From positions 32,001 to 96,000 of IMG/VR virus record IMGVR_UViG_3300012662_000001: DNA of 64,000 nt. One strand, 5' to 3'. Below the pieces are notes generated by a model. The model searched no databases. It worked only from the letters and a program-made list of their open reading frames with translations, and was not told the origin of the DNA. Both the position numbers and the translations under genes were made by a program. The stretch comes from a virus. Below, in pieces: positions 62,252 to 64,000 of the stretch; the first letter of the stretch is position 1; each line of letters begins with the position of its first letter.

Positions 62252-64000
62252 ATGATTGAGTTTAATGAGAATAATAGTCTTTCTTTTCGGCAGTTGGATA
62301 GCATTATAGACACTGTGACGAGAATAGTACAGAACCTCCCTGTAAAGGCCGTAAATCAGCTTATGGAAGCATATAAGGGAGATCAGGACGCTATGCTGTC
62401 AGAGATATTTCGTCAGACGGAGAATGTTCTGAAGTTGAACACCACACTGGAGACGGAGCGTTTGTCCTATGTGGATCAACTGACTGAGAGTATGGATGAT
62501 TCTCTGAAAATAATGTCATATAACTACTTTAAGACCACAATGCTTCCTAACTTTAGACAGGGGTGGAGGAATCTTGAATGGGGTAATATGATTCAACTGT
62601 ATCCGAATAGTGGCTATCTTGCGGCTCGTTCTCACGGAAAGTGTTTTCTGGCTGGAACTCATATATTGATGGCTGACTGGACAGTGAAGAGCGTGGAGGA
62701 TATCTATCCTGGAATGGAAGTGATGGGTATGGACTTCACTCCGAGAAAGGTTCTTACACGGCATATCGGTCGGTCACAGATGTTTACCGTGCATCAGGAG
62801 AACGGTATTTCCTATACCGTGAATAGATTTCACATTCTCTGTCTATGGGATACGAAGAGGAAGCACTATGTTGAGGTTCCGATGGGAAACTTCTTGAAGT
62901 ATCCTCAGGAGAAGCAGAATAGGTTTAGGGGGTATAGAGTGTTTTCGAGTGACAATCCAATACTGGAATATTCACCTATAACCGTTGAATCGTATGGTGA
63001 TGGCTCATATTATGGCTTTGCCTGTGATGGTGACCATAAGTTTCTTCTGGAGGATAATACAGTTGTTCACAACTCCTATGAATTCTGTATGGCGTTTCCT
63101 TTGTGGAGAATGTATTCCTATCGTAGACCGAACTTTATGAAGCCTGATATTCCGGATAATAAGAATAGAAAGGAAACGTGTATTATAACCAATACGGAAA
63201 CACTCGGTAAGGAACATCTGGATAAGGTTAAGGAGGAGATTCATACCAATGAAGCACTTTCAGCGGTGCTTAATCCGAACGGCAAGGCTTCTCTTGGTGC
63301 TACTGGCTTTGAATGTGAGAATGGATCCAAGTTGCATCTTAGAGGAAAGGACGGCTTTATCCGAGGTCTTCACGTGGGGGCGGCTGTGTCTGATGACCTC
63401 CCTGATGATAGTTCCATTTATAGTCTTGAACAAAGAGAAAAATTGAGAGATTTATTCAAGGGTGCTATCACGCCTATTGTGGAGCCGTATGGTTACAATA
63501 TCGTGGACGGCTGTGTTACGCCTGATACACTTGTGCTAACGGCTGATGGCATTAAGGAAATTGGGCAGCTTGCGCCTGTTGGTCTTGACTCTGAACGTGG
63601 TTACTATGACTGGAAAGGTCAGGCGTATAATGGTCAGAATCTGGAGAATGTGTTGTCTTATTATGTGAATGGCAATACTGAGACAATTCGTGTGATACTT
63701 GACAGAGGGTTTGAATTAGAGACAAGTCACGTTCATCCAGTGCTTGTGTGTGACACGGATGGTAGGTTTGTGTGGCGTAAGTGTGAGGATCTTTCTGTTG
63801 GTGACTATGTGGCCGTGAAAATTGGTTCTAATGTATGGGGCAAGCCTTTGAATATTGATAGAGAGGAATTGTATCAGATGGGAATGTGTGTGGCTGATGG
63901 GTGCTTGAGTGAAGATAGAATAACAATAGCCAAAAAGGTTGATGGAATACGAAAGTACTTTATTGATGAACAGGGCTGGCATCCTGTGAAAGGTGCTACA
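62252..64000 (+). CDS. terL: terminase large subunit interrupted by two inteins; 3' end lies outside the window
   Basis: The frame is open from the ATG at 62252 to the window end, so it is absent from the track. The Walker A motif AARSHGK|...|S is split by intein 1. Extein segments are ...RGLHVGAAVSDDLPDD... and ...ITPIVEPYGYNIVDG|. Confidence 0.8.
   Translation, partial: MIEFNENNSLSFRQLDSIIDTVTRIVQNLPVKAVNQLMEAYKGDQDAMLSEIFRQTENVLKLNTTLETERLSYVDQLTESMDDSLKIMSYNYFKTTMLPNFRQGWRNLEWGNMIQLYPNSGYLAARSHGKCFLAGTHILMADWTVKSVEDIYPGMEVMGMDFTPRKVLTRHIGRSQMFTVHQENGISYTVNRFHILCLWDTKRKHYVEVPMGNFLKYPQEKQNRFRGYRVFSSDNPILEYSPITVESYGDGSYYGFACDGDHKFLLEDNTVVHNSYEFCMAFPLWRMYSYRRPNFMKPDIPDNKNRKETCIITNTETLGKEHLDKVKEEIHTNEALSAVLNPNGKASLGATGFECENGSKLHLRGKDGFIRGLHVGAAVSDDLPDDSSIYSLEQREKLRDLFKGAITPIVEPYGYNIVDGCVTPDTLVLTADGIKEIGQLAPVGLDSERGYYDWKGQAYNGQNLENVLSYYVNGNTETIRVILDRGFELETSHVHPVLVCDTDGRFVWRKCEDLSVGDYVAVKIGSNVWGKPLNIDREELYQMGMCVADGCLSEDRITIAKKVDGIRKYFIDEQGWHPVKGAT
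62642..63073 (+). mobile_element. mini-intein (144 aa, no endonuclease domain) inserted in the terminase P-loop
   Basis: It starts CFLAGTHILMADW (block A) and ends YYGFACDGDHKFLLEDNTVVHN (blocks F/G), followed by the +1 Ser that completes GK-S. Confidence 0.8.
63512..64000 (+). mobile_element. second intein with a LAGLIDADG homing-endonuclease domain (truncated by the window end)
   Basis: It starts CVTPDTLVLTADGIKEIGQL (block A), has ELETSHVHPVLV (block B-like), and contains the LAGLIDADG-type motif LYQMGMCVADGCL. Confidence 0.75.

Noticed and set aside
1-64000. A prophage integration module (integrase, excisionase or att sites), or flanking host genes.
   Set aside because: No tyrosine- or serine-recombinase motifs were seen in any ORF of 60 aa or more. 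There are no host housekeeping genes. The only att-like feature is the tRNA-like fragment, which has no adjacent recombinase.

Overview
The window looks like one contiguous piece of a large tailed-phage genome with a contractile tail, possibly a phage-plasmid. The host is probably in the Bacteroidota. Three things support that: many intergenic TAnnTTTG -7 boxes (the established Bacteroides promoter consensus), mostly A/T-rich leaders without a Shine-Dalgarno sequence, and several BACON-type Ig-like repeats. I had no BLAST, HMM or folding tools, so every functional call rests on motifs read by eye in the supplied translations.

Layout:
- 1-14.9 kb (+): small early-type genes. Recognisable products are a DnaA domain IV-like HTH protein, a J-domain protein, a UvrD-like helicase, a membrane-anchored glucosaminidase, an HU/IHF-like protein and a HAD-IIIA phosphatase. 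One minus-strand replication-initiator-like gene with 2 iterons sits inside this block (6.6-7.6 kb).
- 15.1-20.0 kb (-): an accessory island. It carries a papain-like C1 peptidase, a decayed HExxH gene, a lipoprotein, a secreted protein, a C5 cytosine methyltransferase, and a second, paralogous initiator gene followed by about 4 iterons.
- 20.05-21.06 kb: an ORF-poor structured region containing a tRNA 3'-half-like fragment.
- 21-60 kb (+): two charged paralogous proteins, then the virion genes. Order: portal, MuF, a Nudix protein, prohead protease, scaffold, capsid, a GIY-YIG cassette, neck genes, BACON-type proteins, sheath, tube, tape measure, baseplate and fibre.
- 60-64 kb (+): an HNH endonuclease, a DnaQ-like exonuclease, and a large terminase gene interrupted by two inteins, which runs off the window.

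I found no rRNA, no complete tRNA, no CRISPR array, no integrase and no reverse transcriptase.

Most interesting observations:
- A BACON/Ig-like domain appears to be split across gene boundaries. This suggests head-to-tail assembly of fibre or collar proteins by strand complementation.
- There are two paralogous Rep-plus-iteron modules.
- The terminase carries two inteins.
- A Nudix enzyme is embedded in the head-morphogenesis module.
- One conserved palindrome-containing promoter and leader cassette is reused across the genome.
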